In this document: positions 48,561-62,299 of the stretch, piece after piece
Numbering within the stretch: position 1 is the first letter of the stretch
How the letters are laid out: each line of letters begins with the position of its first letter
NCBI GenBank assembly: GCA_013239625.1
Contig: MU054187.1
Location: 7,846,358-7,910,357, forward strand
Source: Lama guanicoe
Taxonomy: Eukaryota
Length of the DNA stretch: 64,000 nucleotides
Direction: 5' to 3'
The notes under the pieces: model-generated
The model's database searches: none
What the model was told of the DNA's origin: nothing
What the model saw: only the letters and a program-made list of their open reading frames with translations
Translations under genes and position numbers: made by a program

Positions 48561-50559
48561 TTTTTAATCTACCTATAAGGCCCAAAGATGCAGTGTTAGT
48601 TGTTATCATATTGTTGTGTTTCTGGATCATCTAAGTAACAGGCCTAGCAAGAATATGAAGAATAACATTACAAGAGCACCTGTGATTTGCTCTCTAAAGA
48701 ACTTACAAAAAGCACACTATTTTCTCTTTGTTGTTGAAAGGATGAATATGAGTGTGCTGTGCTTTTGCTTTTAAAGAAAGATATAATAAAGGATGCTGTT
48801 GGCAAGGTGTGATATTACTTTAGACGTGTGCCTGCTACGTTCCCATCCCCCTCCAGTTCCTGCCTATTCACACAGCTAAGGAGAAGGGTGATGAAAAGTT
48901 TAACTGACTGGTGTTGTTTCTGGTCAAGAAGCTCCAGAAAGAGGGGACTCCTTGATCATTTCCTATGCACATTTGCAGTTCTTCTCACTGGGCTTCTCAG
49001 AGCTAGTTAATGAGAGTATTTGCATCCAAGATTTCCATGTACAACAGGTCTTCACAATATATCAAGGTGAAAAGGAAAAAAATGCAATACAAGGCTGGTA
49101 TTGAGGGGCATCTAGTAATAAGATTTTATTTTAGATTTTCACCATCAGAAAAAAGTGTGGAAAGCCAAGAAGATGAGGTGGTAGAGCAGAATTGTGAACA
49201 TTAAAATGGGATATTCAAGTCAGAGTAAAGGCAGTGATTTCTCTAGTCTATTAGCAATAATAGTTGCTGTTGAATAGAAACTAATGGGAAGCGAAAGAAC
49301 TTGTTTTCTGACACTGAGATGACTGAAAGCAAAACTTTCCTTTTGTTTGTCTTGCTTTGTTATAGGTTTACCAAAATAAAGGGGACTTTTTTTTTTGATT
49401 ATTGGTAAAACTCAAAAGGAGCACCAGAGAACAGAAAAGTGAAGTCCATGAGTCAGAGAGACATCCGAGAAGCATGCATTATAATGCTGTTTAACCTTTT
49501 ATTAAGATTGCTATTGTATGGCAATGCATAAAACAGTGGATATTGGGCTCATTACATCAATACTATCTTGGCACTTTCTGAGGTCACACCAGTCATCTTT
49601 TATTCATGTTGTCACGGGGAATGGAAGTTATGCTAATAGAGCTAGGTCAGGCACACAGAGGCATAAGGAGAGGTTGAACATAAATCCCAGGCAGCAGGTG
49701 CATCAGCAGTCAGGACTGAGGCAATGAAGCTGCACCAGACAAGGGCAGAAGGGCCCACTTTGAAATCATTGTCCTCTGTCCCTCAGATGACCAAATGGCA
49801 GGCAAATCCCATGTGACCCATTCATTCATTCATTCATTCACATCCACTAACAAAACAAAAATGGCAATGTGGAGATAAGAGTTCTCATGTCAATGCTTCC
49901 CCAGATAAGGTGTGTCTGTGCCATTTATGGAATTTTTACCAGCCAGATTTGTGCTAGATTTCTATTCAGAGATATGAAAACCACAAAACATCATCATGCA
50001 GTTTTTAAAAATATTTAAACTTTGACTTACTCATCTTAAAATTTACCATTATTTTGTTCTCTTTCCAGCTCTTCCTTTCAGTTCACCAATTTCTAACATC
50101 TCAGCTAAATAAAGCTGGACTTATTTTGTCTGTGGCCTGTTTCCCATTATCTTGTGTTGTGATAAACGACTGAGATATCATTCAAAAGGAGACATTTCAA
50201 TGGGTTTTGCAAGGGTATTATTTCCTTGTAGGGTATTACTCTGTCCTTAAAAGAACATATCGTCTACGATAAATTCATATTTGTAAAGATTTATTTCAGT
50301 AAACTTTCAAATAATTGAAAGAAATGAAAGAATTTGCCTCCAAAAATGACTAATTTTCTGAATTTATACAAATCATATTTTTATATATCTTACTAAACAC
50401 AGCTAACAACACCATGTGTGCTTGTGACATGTGAGTCTATTTAACTGTTGGGTAAAACATGTGTCCTTTTCCTTAAAAGATTATTACACATTCAGAAATA
50501 ATCAAACCTTTATTTCTAATTTGAAAACTAAAGGCTTAATGATTTAATTTTAAAAGACA

Positions 50560-51060
50560 CTTCAAACAGAGCAACTGGTCCCTTAAAATACTCGGCAGAC
50601 CATTATGTATTAATAATCTGTGAAATGAATTAATGTTAGAGGTGGTGATAAACTCAGTGTATGTATTGCTCTTATCATTTATAATGAGTCTAAATAAAAT
50701 GCCAATGGGTATGGAATGTATATGGGAGCCAATGCTGATAATGACAAAGCCAAGCTTGTCAACAACAGTGTTAAAACCAATGTGCTTAATTTAAAAAGTG
50801 AAGTCAATTAAAATCAAAATAACAGTGCAGCATGTACAAATGTTGGAATAATCATTAGGCCTTACTGAATAATGGAAGAGTATAGAATTTTTTAATGGAA
50901 CAGCAGGGGTGATACATTACACAAAGCAACAATCTACAACAATATGACAATCGAATTACTGCAGCCCCATTAGGCAGGTGCAGAGGAATAATTAACATGA
51001 ATTTTTCCAATGAAAAGGAAAAAAAATTAAACGTCTTCCCTCTAATAATACTAACGTTTA
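50560..51060. promoter_or_regulatory. Candidate SOX/homeodomain enhancer
   Basis: Four SOX-type cores in 50921-50951, TAATTAA, several TAAT motifs, three CCAAT, one GGAATG. Confidence 0.35.
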
Positions 51061-53689
51061 CACCCCTATCCACTCTACATTTAGGATTTTTAGAATGATA
51101 ACCTATGACAGCAAAAACGTATGATTTTTTAAAAATTAGAGTTTAACAGTCAAAGGAGATTTATGTTTACTCCATACAAACTGAGCAATATAGGAAAAGA
51201 TATATATGGGACTTCTGTGGTACAATGCTAACGTTTTAAATGTACGTTGCCTGTATGCATTGCTTTTGATTTTTAGGGCTTAAAAACAAAATAATAAAGG
51301 ATTTGCACTAGTTTCTGACTGTCTAATCTAATTCGGAGATAAAAGGCAACCCATAAAGCTCTAGGCAATATTTGTTATCTTACTTCCAGCTCAAATTCAA
51401 AACAAATTGTGACCTCCAGTTTAGAGTGAGGAGTCTGCTCGGTAAAATGCCAATAGAAATGAAAGGAACTTCACATTTCTTCATGAAGGGCAAAGAGTTT
51501 AAGATCTCTTTGTTACTTTCCCTGACAAAAATATCATCCTGTTTTAAAACAGTTGTGATAAAAATCTTACTCTTTCATTTACTTCCAATGGGAACCATTT
51601 AATTTATACCAAGATAAATGTCTATGTACTTAAAGGGCTGAAACTTTTTATTTCTTTCCTCACCATCAAGAAATTAAAAACTGAAAACCTCTCATCCTCA
51701 GATGACCTCTTCCGTTTAGATAGATCTAAATCAACTGATACGTGTGGAAGCTTTCGTAGGAGAGGTGGCTTAGCTTAGAAAAGATAATTGTTTGCCCTCA
51801 TAGGCGGTCTTTTATCTTGAGGCTGGAAGTACTTTACTGGCAAGTCCTCATTAATCCCTATTTAGCTTCTAAGTAAGTTCTACCTTCTGCATTTTGAAGA
51901 AAGAGGCACCAAATTCTTCCAGACTCAGTAGGTACAAAAGTTCTCCTGAAGGTCGTCTGTAGAATCAGTGGAAGGAACAGTGCTGTCCCATTGATTCTTC
52001 TGTTGCAAAATTCTGTCAGTTGCTGGCTAGACATGTCACTTATGCCAAGGGAAGGGTGGACATGGTTGACACTGTGAAGTGAAAATCATTGCTCTATGGT
52101 AGTCACTACTTTATAATTCCAAAACCACCTTTCTGTATTTTATCTCATCAGCCACTATGAGTAGAATTATTGAAGTAGAAAAGTGAAAAGAAACAAAAAA
52201 CTTAGTTTGGCCCTATTTTTACTAGGAGAAACAAAGAATCTCACAGGAAATCTTCAATTCCCAGGTATTATCAATTCTCAATTATCCAAAATCTGAGGCT
52301 TGAATTGGTATACTGTCAAGGGATTTTATACATAAGAAAGTTTAGCCTTAATGTGAGAAGTGCAATCAAGTATTTTCCCATGTGGTCTGGAACTGAAAGT
52401 ACAGAGTATGGAATTTCTAGTTGGGCTTTTGGTTAAAATAGTTCTTTCTTCATCTCCTGGCATACAACTCAGCAAAATGTCAGAATAAAAATTTTTAGAC
52501 AACTTGAAATGATAGTCAACCTTCTCAATTTATGAGAGAGAGCCATGGCATGGTGAAATAGAATACTGTTAAAGAAAAGATCATCTTTTTTAATAACAGG
52601 TCAACAAGAATGGACTGAGTCTAACATACAGACACATAATACATTTTAAGACGCAAAGTATTAACAGCCAAAATTAATTCTGTCTTTTAAAACATAAGTC
52701 TAAAATAGCATATAAAAACATAGATAGGAATTTATAAGAGCTGAAATAAGCTGAGGGATTTAGAATAACCAGATCTAAATAGAATTATATCTATTGATGG
52801 TTTGTGGTTTGACCTGGTGGAGTGAAACAAGACACATAGAATTCAGTTGTGTAAGATCATAAAATTGAATGTGTGAGGACTGTGTGGGAGAAAAAGTTAA
52901 TAAGAAATGGCTACACTGCAGACTTTGCTACAGATATACTGATAGATTGAAAGACTAGAATTCTAATCCATGTGTATGTCCTAAAGAAATGTGGCAATTT
53001 CTCTCTTAGAAATTTTCAATGGCTTTCAAGAAGGTAATGTTTGTTCTAGTATATTATGTTATTTTGAAAGCATCAAGTGAATATAAACAAGGATGATACC
53101 ATGACCAACTAACCTCTTTACAGCATCATAGAATCAAGCTTAAACCAGAAGCTAATAGACACCTTCCCAAAGATTCAAGTATTGCCCACTTCTTCGGGCA
53201 ACCTCAAATTTCTATTAAAATTTCAATGCTCAGTGTAACCTTTGAAATACTCTATTTATTATCAAAAATTAATTCACGTTTGTATTTTTTCAAATCAGTG
53301 TGTCTTTGAAATATGCACATTTTTGATTAACATTGTGATTTTTTTTCCCCCATATACTCTAAAATCTTAACATGGTCACTATATGTGAATATATAAGAAG
53401 GAAGTGTTCATTTGATGAAGAGGAAAGTTTGAAAGAAAAAGAAGTCAGAACATATTAGGGACATTTATTTTAAAAAATCAGCTCGAAAGGACATTTATCT
53501 ATTGAGATTGGATACTTTTAATTTCCTCAGAGGGGGAAAAAGTAAATATGACAGTAGCAGATCCCACATGTAATTTCAGCAGTAACTCTGCTGGACAGTT
53601 CCATGCAAATCCAGGACCAGGACCGTAGGAACCCTACAACGAGAAAATCCTGTGTTTTCAATTTTTGCCCCATCATCTTTTCCAAATTA

Positions 53690-53830
53690 AGGCATTTAAT
53701 TTTCATAACAGATCTGTGGAGAAGGAACTAACATCATCCTCATTTTATAAGTAAGAAATGAAAGGTTAAATAACTTACTAAAGGTTTGTACAACAAGTAT
53801 ATTATGAAGCTGGAATTTCTACCCAGTAAA
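53690..53830 (-). mobile_element. MIR SINE
   Basis: catcatcctcattttataagtaagaaatgaaaggttaaataacttactaaagg. Confidence 0.65.
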
Positions 53831-55214
53831 TGATACAGCTGGCATTTCAACCGACCTCTAGAGATTGCATGACAGTAGAACCTCTTCTCCTAATTCAGTA
53901 TATATTTTCGTTCCTACAAATAGATAAACCATTCTATTTTTCCAAAAGACCCTTGTTTAAACAAAACACTCAGATTTTGGCATAATGAGGTCCCACAATA
54001 ACTTCTCTCCCTCAGTGCTGACCATATTATATCTTGGTGGGCTTTATAATCCATACAATACTTTATGATGTTGAATTAGCATTTATTTTAAATTGTTGCC
54101 TATCAGTTCACCATAAGTGGATAGCATTGCATATATTAAAAATGAGAGATTTAGATGTGTTTATTGATTTTAACTCCATTTTTCCATGGCTGTCATCAAG
54201 AATTTTTTTTTATTATAATAAAGCAGGCTTAAAATAATATGAGACATAGGTATACAGAAACTTAAAAGTTCATTTTTAATCTTCTATTTTTGGCTTTCCT
54301 TCAACTTTTGCAGGATGTGGAAAGAAAAGCAGTCTTTGTAGTGACAAAGCTGACCAATGTACCCTTGGGGAAAAGACTCATTTTCTTCAAGACTGAAAAA
54401 GGCAGATTTTGACACTTTAACTATAGGTGTAAAATTTATAATTAACCTCTAGAAATGAGCTTTACTCTCTGATTAGTGATAGTGGGATACACTGCACAAT
54501 ATTGACTATGGCATAGCTATATATACCAACACATCCATCCTTTTTTTAATTTGATATTTAAATCAAAAGGGACTTAAGTAATATGTAAGGTCTAATTACT
54601 TAGAGCTGCAAATGTGTAAGTCAATAATGATAGAAAGTAGTTTTCACTTTTAGCTTAAATCTATAAATCCTTTTTTACTAATTCAGACATTAAAATAAAA
54701 AAAAACCCTTCGTGCAATTCTTCAAAAATGTATTTCAAAGTTACAAAGTTCAGGGAAAAACATATTATAAATGAACCATAGATTTCAAAATATCATGGGA
54801 AGATTATTTTTGTTCAGATCAGATTTATTTCAGTTCAAAGTGATATTTAGAATTCTTAACTACACTAAAAAATATCCAGTGAATATATATAGTTTCAATG
54901 CTTGAGAAAAAATCTTCTTACAGTATTTCAATACTGAACTACCAGGTTCAATGGATTTGAGTTTGAAATCCAAAAATTGTAGAATAATACGTATGTAAAA
55001 AAATTAGTTCCAAGAAAAAAAAAATCCAGCAATAAATTGAAAAGCTACTGCATCATGTTCAAAAGGAAATTCAAGGATGATTTACCCTTCATTTTTTGGA
55101 TTTAGCCTATTTATCTCTAGCTCATTTTTCTATAGTGCTGTCTCTAATAACTTGATGTGTATTCTTGGAGTATTAGTGTTTAGATAAATTAAATTAGATA
55201 AATTTATATTCTAT

Positions 55215-55700
55215 GTGAACAGATCATTCACAAAAGAGAAAATCAAATTGTCTAATAAACACTAAAGAATGATAACCCTCTCTAGTAATGAAAACATTAA
55301 AATAATGCAGCAATGACAAACCACTTTTTGCTCACTAGTTTAGGAAAAATGAAAAAGAAGGATGATATTGATTGTTTATCAAGATGCATGGAAGCAGTTT
55401 TATCATGTACTGCTGATCAGAGTGTGAATTGTCACACCTTTCCCAAGAATTTAGACAATTTTTTTTATTAAAATGTAAAATATACATGTCCAATCCAAGA
55501 GAAAAAGTAAAAAAAAAATAATAATCAGCATTTCACAAACGGGGAACACTGAATATTAAATAAACTTGTGAAATAGTGCTGGAAATACAAATAGGAAAAA
55601 TCATTTTAGAGAACAATTTGACAAGTGTTTAGTAAAATTGAGTGTGTACATATAATTTCACTTTTGTGCATGGATTAGAAAAATTTGAACAAAATCACAA
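55215..55700 (+). mobile_element. Old L1ME ORF2 3' fragments
   Basis: cagatcattcacaaaagagaaaatcaaattgtctaataaac...actgctgatcagagtgtgaattg. Confidence 0.6.
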
Positions 55701-55708
55701 AAGGGTGG

Positions 55709-55990
55709 TGTGATAGTTAATTTTATGTGTTAACTTGACTGGGCTACGGGGTGTCCAGAATTTTGATCGAATATTGTTCTGGTATGTCTGTGAGAATGTT
55801 TTTGGAAGAAATTAACATTTAAATTGTTTGACTGAGCAAAACAGATTTCCCTTCCTTATGTAAGTGGCCCTCATACGATCAATTGAAGGCCTGAATAAAA
55901 CAAAAAGGCTAGCCCCCCCCACCATGAGTAAGGGGGGATTTTCTGCTGAAATCCATAAGCTAGGACATAAGCTCAGTCTTTCCTTGCCTC
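55709..55990 (+). mobile_element. ERVL LTR MLT2 (MLT2B/D-like), 5' part
   Basis: Starts tgtgatagttaattttatgtgttaacttgactgggctacggggtgtccaga; contains ttgaaggcctgaataaaacaaaaaggct. Confidence 0.9.
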
Positions 55991-56019
55991 CACATCCACA
56001 CCATAATAAATTTCTTTCT

Positions 56020-56410
56020 CTCCCCTTCTGTTTCTTCCTCCTCCTCCTCCTTCTTCTGGCCTTCTTCAGTTTCTCAAACATGACTTAAGGCTTTTCACTA
56101 TTACCTTCACCTTGAGCTCTCTTCCCCCAGATTTCAATTGTGTGATTCCCTCATGTCCTTCTGGTGAGACCTCGCTCAACATCTTATCTGAAATTGCAGC
56201 CCAGCTCATCCCCTGCCAGCATTCCCAATCCACCTTACTCTGCTGTTTTCTTTTCTTTCTTTCATAGAACTTATTGCTTGCTAACATACAATTATTTATT
56301 GACTATCTCTCTTTACTGGTTTGTAGGCTCCATGAAGATATGGAATTTTGCTTTATTTTTCTTTCCAAGGGATTATATCTTTAATATGATAAAAAAAAAT
56401 TAGCAGTGAA
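56020..56410 (+). mobile_element. L2a 3' part
   Basis: ctggccttcttcagtttctcaaaca...ctcttcccccagat...tcttatctgaaattgcagccc...gtaggctccatgaaga. Confidence 0.7.
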
Positions 56411-56500
56411 TAGAACTCTATATTCAGTAAAACCATCTTTTCAGAATAAGGGCACAATAAAGGATCTTTCAGAAATTCAATAACTAATATAGCTGATGAC

Positions 56501-56956
56501 TGTATTACTTTTTTAGGGCTAATGTAACAAAGCCCCACCAACTGGGGTGGCTTAAAACAACACAAATTTCTTACAGTTTTGGAGCCTAGAAGTCCAAAAT
56601 CAAGGTGTCAACAGGACTATGCTCCTCTGAAACCTTTAAGACAGAGTACTTTCTTGCATCTTTCTAGCTTATGATGGTTTTCTGGCAATCTTTGCTGTTC
56701 TTTGGCTTGTAGGTACAGAACCTCCATCTCTGCCTTTATCAGCTCCTGGTGTTTCCCTCTCCTATGTCTGTCTGTGTCTCCTCTTCTTCCAGGAACAGCA
56801 ATCATATTGAATTAAGGGTTTATCCTACTCCGGTATAACTTCACCTTAACTAATCACATCTACAATGATGCTATTTCTAAATAAAATCACATTCTGAGGT
56901 ACTGGTGGTTAGGTCTTCAAAATACCTTTGGGAGGGACACAATTCAACCTACATCA
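56501..56956 (-). mobile_element. MaLR solo LTR, MLT1B/C-like
   Basis: tgtatta...gtaacaaag...ggtggcttaaaacaac...tagaagtccaaaatcaaggtgtca...cacattctgaggtactgg...ggacacaattcaacc. Confidence 0.9.
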
Positions 56957-58699
56957 ACTGCCAAATTTTGTCTAAATTATGTAATTTAGGAAGAAGAAGA
57001 TGAAAACAATGGTAGAGTATTTGAGATGCAAGAAGAAATGAGATGTAAATAAAATTTTTTGAGTGCATACAAAAACATAACAATACAGAACTGAAATCCT
57101 AGATAATAATAGGACGAGTCAGGAAAGGAATAGTTGGAGTTCAGATATCTTAACTATTATCTGGGAGAAGGAAAATATATTAATTAACCTTATATCTTGT
57201 TGAAGTAAATATGCCTGGATAAATGTGAGAATGGGCACATAAAATTACAAACAGAATACATAACTTTCTACCTCCAGAGAAGAAAGAACTGGATAGAAGA
57301 GAAAAATTAACTAACTAACTCAATCCAAAAGAGGCAAAAAAAAAAAGAGCATAAGATATATAGATAATGGGGAAAGTAATTTTAAAAAGTGAAATCACCA
57401 AACTGTAACAGAAATGCATGTAAATGTGTCAATGATTACTATTGCTATAGGTGATCTAAAAGCTCTAGTTGGAAGACAAAAGATTGTTGAAGTAGAAAAA
57501 TGTAAGTAAAAGCCAGACATATTTTATATAAAAACAAAAGATCTTCCAATTTTATGTTATAAAATTCTGATTGGTAAATTTAAAATAACCAGAAAAGAAC
57601 ACACCATTCATATTTCCCTGTATTTGTGGTCCTTGTAACAAATTTTGAAGGAGTCTCTGGAAAGTCCTGTTCAAGGATGCAAAGATATGAGTAATGATGT
57701 TATTAACACTGAATACATGGTACCAAGGAACTGGAGAGGCATGAAGTTCTATATGGTCTTAAGAAAAACTTGTTCCAAAGAACATAGCATTTTGAATCAT
57801 TCTACCTTTTTCTCCAAGTGGGAAATACGAAATTAGCCAGGGAACGGGTCTATGACAGTAAAGAAAAAGAACAATGATGCCTTTGTACCCCAAAGAATCT
57901 TCATGTGCACTGATTGGACATTAAAATACCTAAGTCATTCTTCTGTGCCCATCATTCTAGAACTTTCTCCATAAATTGCCATACCTCTCATGGGCCCATG
58001 AACTTCACAATACATTTTCTCATTAAAATGGTTTAATAGCCAAGGCCCCAAATCCTGCACATTCTAGGAATCTTCAAAACTCTACTGAAGGCACCCCTGG
58101 TCCCTTGAATCACTATTTACTCAACCACATCATTTGTCTGGAGTAGGAAAATTATCATTTCATATTTGAAATGTAGGAATGAAAGCAGAACACTTAACAA
58201 TTTATCCAAAAATCATGGCACCCAACCTGGCAGTGTGACAAATTTTGTTAATATTCTATTGTTTCTCCTATTTTCAGATAGCTATTGAAGCAACTTTTTA
58301 ATCTCAGGCATTAACTAAGAAAAGAATATGGTATATTTTAGTAAAATGATACAAACTCCAGTGATGTATTTCTAAGAGTCACTGCCTGTCGATTCCCATA
58401 CACAAGTGGAAGTCGATGGTCCTGAGTGTCAGCGCAATTGGAAGCAGAAGCTATGGTGCAGAAAGAACTGCCAGACAAGTCTGAGATACAGTGGAGTGTG
58501 GAGAGTGGAGCCGTGCAACCCTCTTCTTTTCTTTGCTCTGTAGGATCAAGAGGCACCTCTGTACCCCTAAGACCTTCCACTTCCAGTCGGGAAGAAACTT
58601 CCTGGAAAGTAGCAATGTCTGATACCTTTCTTCGTGTGAACCTTTTATGCCCTTTAAGATAATTCACCAGAATCAACGTATACCCACAAAAACTCAGAT

Positions 58700-58935
58700 A
58701 AAATAGATGGCAATGTGCTACAATAAAATAACCATTGGTTTTGGAACCAGATAAATCTAGGTTTGTATCCTGGCTTTAGTCACTTACGAGCTGTGAAATC
58801 TTTAGCAAGTTATTTAACTTTTCTGAGCACCAGGTACCCAGTTACAAGTGTGAAATAATACAGCAACACAAGACAGAAAATGTAGGCAAAGCGAGCAGCA
58901 TAAGCAGGTGTCCAGGATAAAATGGTTATTACTGT
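58700..58935 (+). mobile_element. MIR SINE
   Basis: ttttggaaccagataaatctaggtttgtatcctggctttagtcacttacgagctgtgaaatctttagcaagttatttaactt. Confidence 0.8.
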
Positions 58936-59909
58936 TAGCTCACTGTATTGGTCCTTTGCTGACACAGTTCATTATAATTAATAATGATTATTTTCAGTGT
59001 CATTGAATTTAGTTACCACAGAACAATGGACGTTTGAAAGAGAATTTGGTAAATATTTCATCACTGTTATTCCATAGCATAGTAATGGCCCGAAAAAGTT
59101 CACACACTTGCAAAGACGCTAAATTAACTGAGTGGATTGAGGAATGTAAATGAGACAAAGAAATAGACTCTATGCTATCTAAGGTTGAAGAGACGATTCA
59201 GCCGTTTCTGCATAATGTGAAAATCTATACTCGGATGCTCACAGTCAAATTTTAGTGATAAAAAGCTAGTCAAAACAGATGTTAGATTAAATTGGCTGGT
59301 AAATTTAAAGAAACTGATTAATTCATCCAAATCACTTGGATAAGCAGGCAGCCACAAGTACATGTGTGGAAAATCTTACAATATTCTCTTCCCTCCCTCT
59401 CTAACATCAATCCTCTGCATTTCAAACTTTTTTTACTTCTTTTTATCAGAAGCAACCACCCAGCCTCAAATTTTATGCTGTCTTATACAGGATACTTTCT
59501 TACGTTGTGGGATGGAAAACGAATAATCACCTGCAGCCCTAATACATTTATTGTAACAGTGCTGGCTTATGGGAGAAAGTTTATGAAAAAAGATGACTAG
59601 TATCTGGAGAATAAGTAAATTGTTCCTTGGTCTTATTGTACATATGACAATCCTCATGGCTATTCTTTTTAACATAATGGCCCAATATCTTTTTTGAAAT
59701 ATGATTGTCTTATCTTTTAATACTGTTGACTATTTATCTGGAAAACACCCTGAAATCCTCACTGTATTCATATCATTTTCTTCAGCAGCTAGTTATCACT
59801 GAGGAATGTAAAAAGTGAAGAAAATTAAGTGGTTTTGAATACTTGTTGTTCATCCTACTTTATGTTATACATTTTTACTTATAAGCCCAACTGCTTGGGT
59901 GGTGAAAAG

Positions 59910-61310
59910 TCGGAAGTATTCTACTTGTGGCTATGACCGAGTTACTGAAAGCAGACCTGATTTCCCACCGTGGACAATTACAAAACTGGACAAAAATATA
60001 CTAAACAAGTTTTCAGATCGTAGTTATAAAGAGAATCACGAGTTAGTTCTCAGCTTTCTGCCTTTCGGCACATTAAAGACCACAGCGCAGGGAGGGGGAG
60101 CTCAGGCAGAGTCAAGTTGAAGAGACAGATGAACACTGAAGGAGCCAGAGGGGGAGGGACACTGTGGAACACAGCACTCAGAGAATGGAGAGACACAAGG
60201 AAAAGTTTGCAGACACCAGCACTGGGGGCTTCTGCATACAAAACTGTGCATAGGGTGAGATTTGATGCCAAGAAAAAAATCACTACTGAGAGAAGGATTT
60301 TAAAACTATAAAACTTATGAGTGAAAAAAAATAAAAGAAAATTTTTGCTACCTTGGGATTGGCAGACTTTTTAGGAGGGCAAGAAAGCACTGTGAAGACA
60401 GCTCTACTGATGGGACTTCTTAAAATTAAAATCTCTTTGAAAAGGCACCTTTATGAAAATAAAAAAGCATGTGACAGACAGGGAGATCCTATCAACAACA
60501 CATTTATCTGATAAAAGACTTGTCCCCACAATACCTATGAAGAAGTCTCCCAACTTAGTAAGAAACTAAGCAACTCAGTTTTTAAAATGTACAGAAGTTC
60601 TGAACAGACAAGCCACACACACACACAAAAAGGATGTATCAATGCCTAGTTGAATGATGTCGAAATCATTAATCATCAGTAGTCATGAAGGAAATGTAAA
60701 TTAAAACCTCAGTGACTTACCACTAAACACATAGGAAAGACTAAAATTTAAAATACTGACAATAACAAGTATTGGCAAGGATGGAGAACCACTAGAAGTT
60801 GTGTGCGTTACTGCTGGGAGTATAAAATGGTACACATGCTTTGCAAAACAGACTGGAGTTTCTTAGAAAGTTTAACACCCACTTACCATATGACGCAGCA
60901 ATATTACTGCTAGAAATTTAAAAGAAATAAAAACATTTGTCCACACAAAGACTTGTTCACAGATGTCTACTGCAATTTTATTTATAATGGGATATTTCAA
61001 CAACATGGGTGAGTCTCAAAAGCATTATGCCAAACAAAAAGAGTCAAAAACTGAAAGAATACATAATGTATAATTCCATGTGTATGGAATTCTAGCTCAG
61101 GCAAACTGATATCCAGGGACAGAAAGCAGACTAGTGGGTGTTTGCCTGGGGGGGAAGGGAGTATCATTGGCTGCAAATGGGCATAAGATAAAGTGTGAGG
61201 GTGAAGAATATTATATTCCAATTGTGTTCGTGGTAACAGAGGTGTATACATGTGTAAGGGCACTTCTATCTCTACCCTTACATTATCCTTCATTAAAGTT
61301 GTGTCAAAAA
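59910..61310 (+). mobile_element. Old L1M/L1ME: 5' UTR-like piece joined to the ORF2 end and 3' UTR
   Basis: caattacaaaactggacaaaaatata (L1M 5' end motif); from about 60300 ORF2 motifs (aaaactataaaact, gaaatgtaaattaaaacc, cacttaccatatgac, tgtccacacaaagacttg) and an L1ME-type 3' UTR. Confidence 0.8.
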
Positions 61311-62299
61311 GTAACAAGGAACCATAAAATATAACTGCATTTACAAAACATGGTATTATATAAGAATGCAATTTTAAAACATATCTTCTCTTCAGTGTAT
61401 CAGTTTCTTCACATTCATATGTATATATACTCTATTCAATGAGATTCGAGCTTTGTCACACTTTCATATTATGTAGAATGGATTTACTTTGTTGCTTGTA
61501 GTAAAACTCTTTATCCTGAACAAATGCCCTTTTCCTGTAGGGAAAACAATTGTAGTTATCAACTGTACAGACTAATCACTCTGAATTAAACATTTTCTTA
61601 CGGATAATACAATTTAAACCATCTTGAATATTATACAGATTATTGGTAAAAGTAATTAAGGACAGAAAAAAAGGTAATTATAACTTCTGATGGATGAATT
61701 GATAGGGATAAAGTAAGAACTAACCTGAACCCTAATCTAAAACTAGAACTACATTAAACAAGATCCTAAAACTTTAGTTGTGTTCTTAATTGATTTTCAC
61801 ACATCAGTGCACTTCCAAGTACCCTATTTTTATTGAGGACTGTAAGCAGTAGATTCCTCAAGGAGAGGTATTATGGTACTTGTGACAAGGAAGGAGTGTT
61901 CTAGAAGTATCTTCCAGAATATACATGACTTGTTTCTTTTCTAAGACCTCTGTATTCTTAAAGGAATTTATGTCCAAATGAAATTTCTAAAGTTGCTGTT
62001 TACATGGATTGAGGGGAAAACAAATCTTTCTAGGATACCAGTTAAATAATAACAAAGGATCAGTTTCCAAATGGAATTTAAAAGACTGGTTGAGGCAGTC
62101 TGATTTGCACAGCGCCATGTTAATGAAAACTCCTGTATGTTGGAAATGCGTGTCTCTTGCACGAGTTCATGGTAACTGATGTGCAAAGCGAGGACATGAT
62201 TCAGATGTGCACAACTTTCAGTTAACAGTATTGTGACTTTGATATTTCCCTGCTAACACATATTCCATTAGTGAAACATAGGTTCTGTTAATTAGAAAT

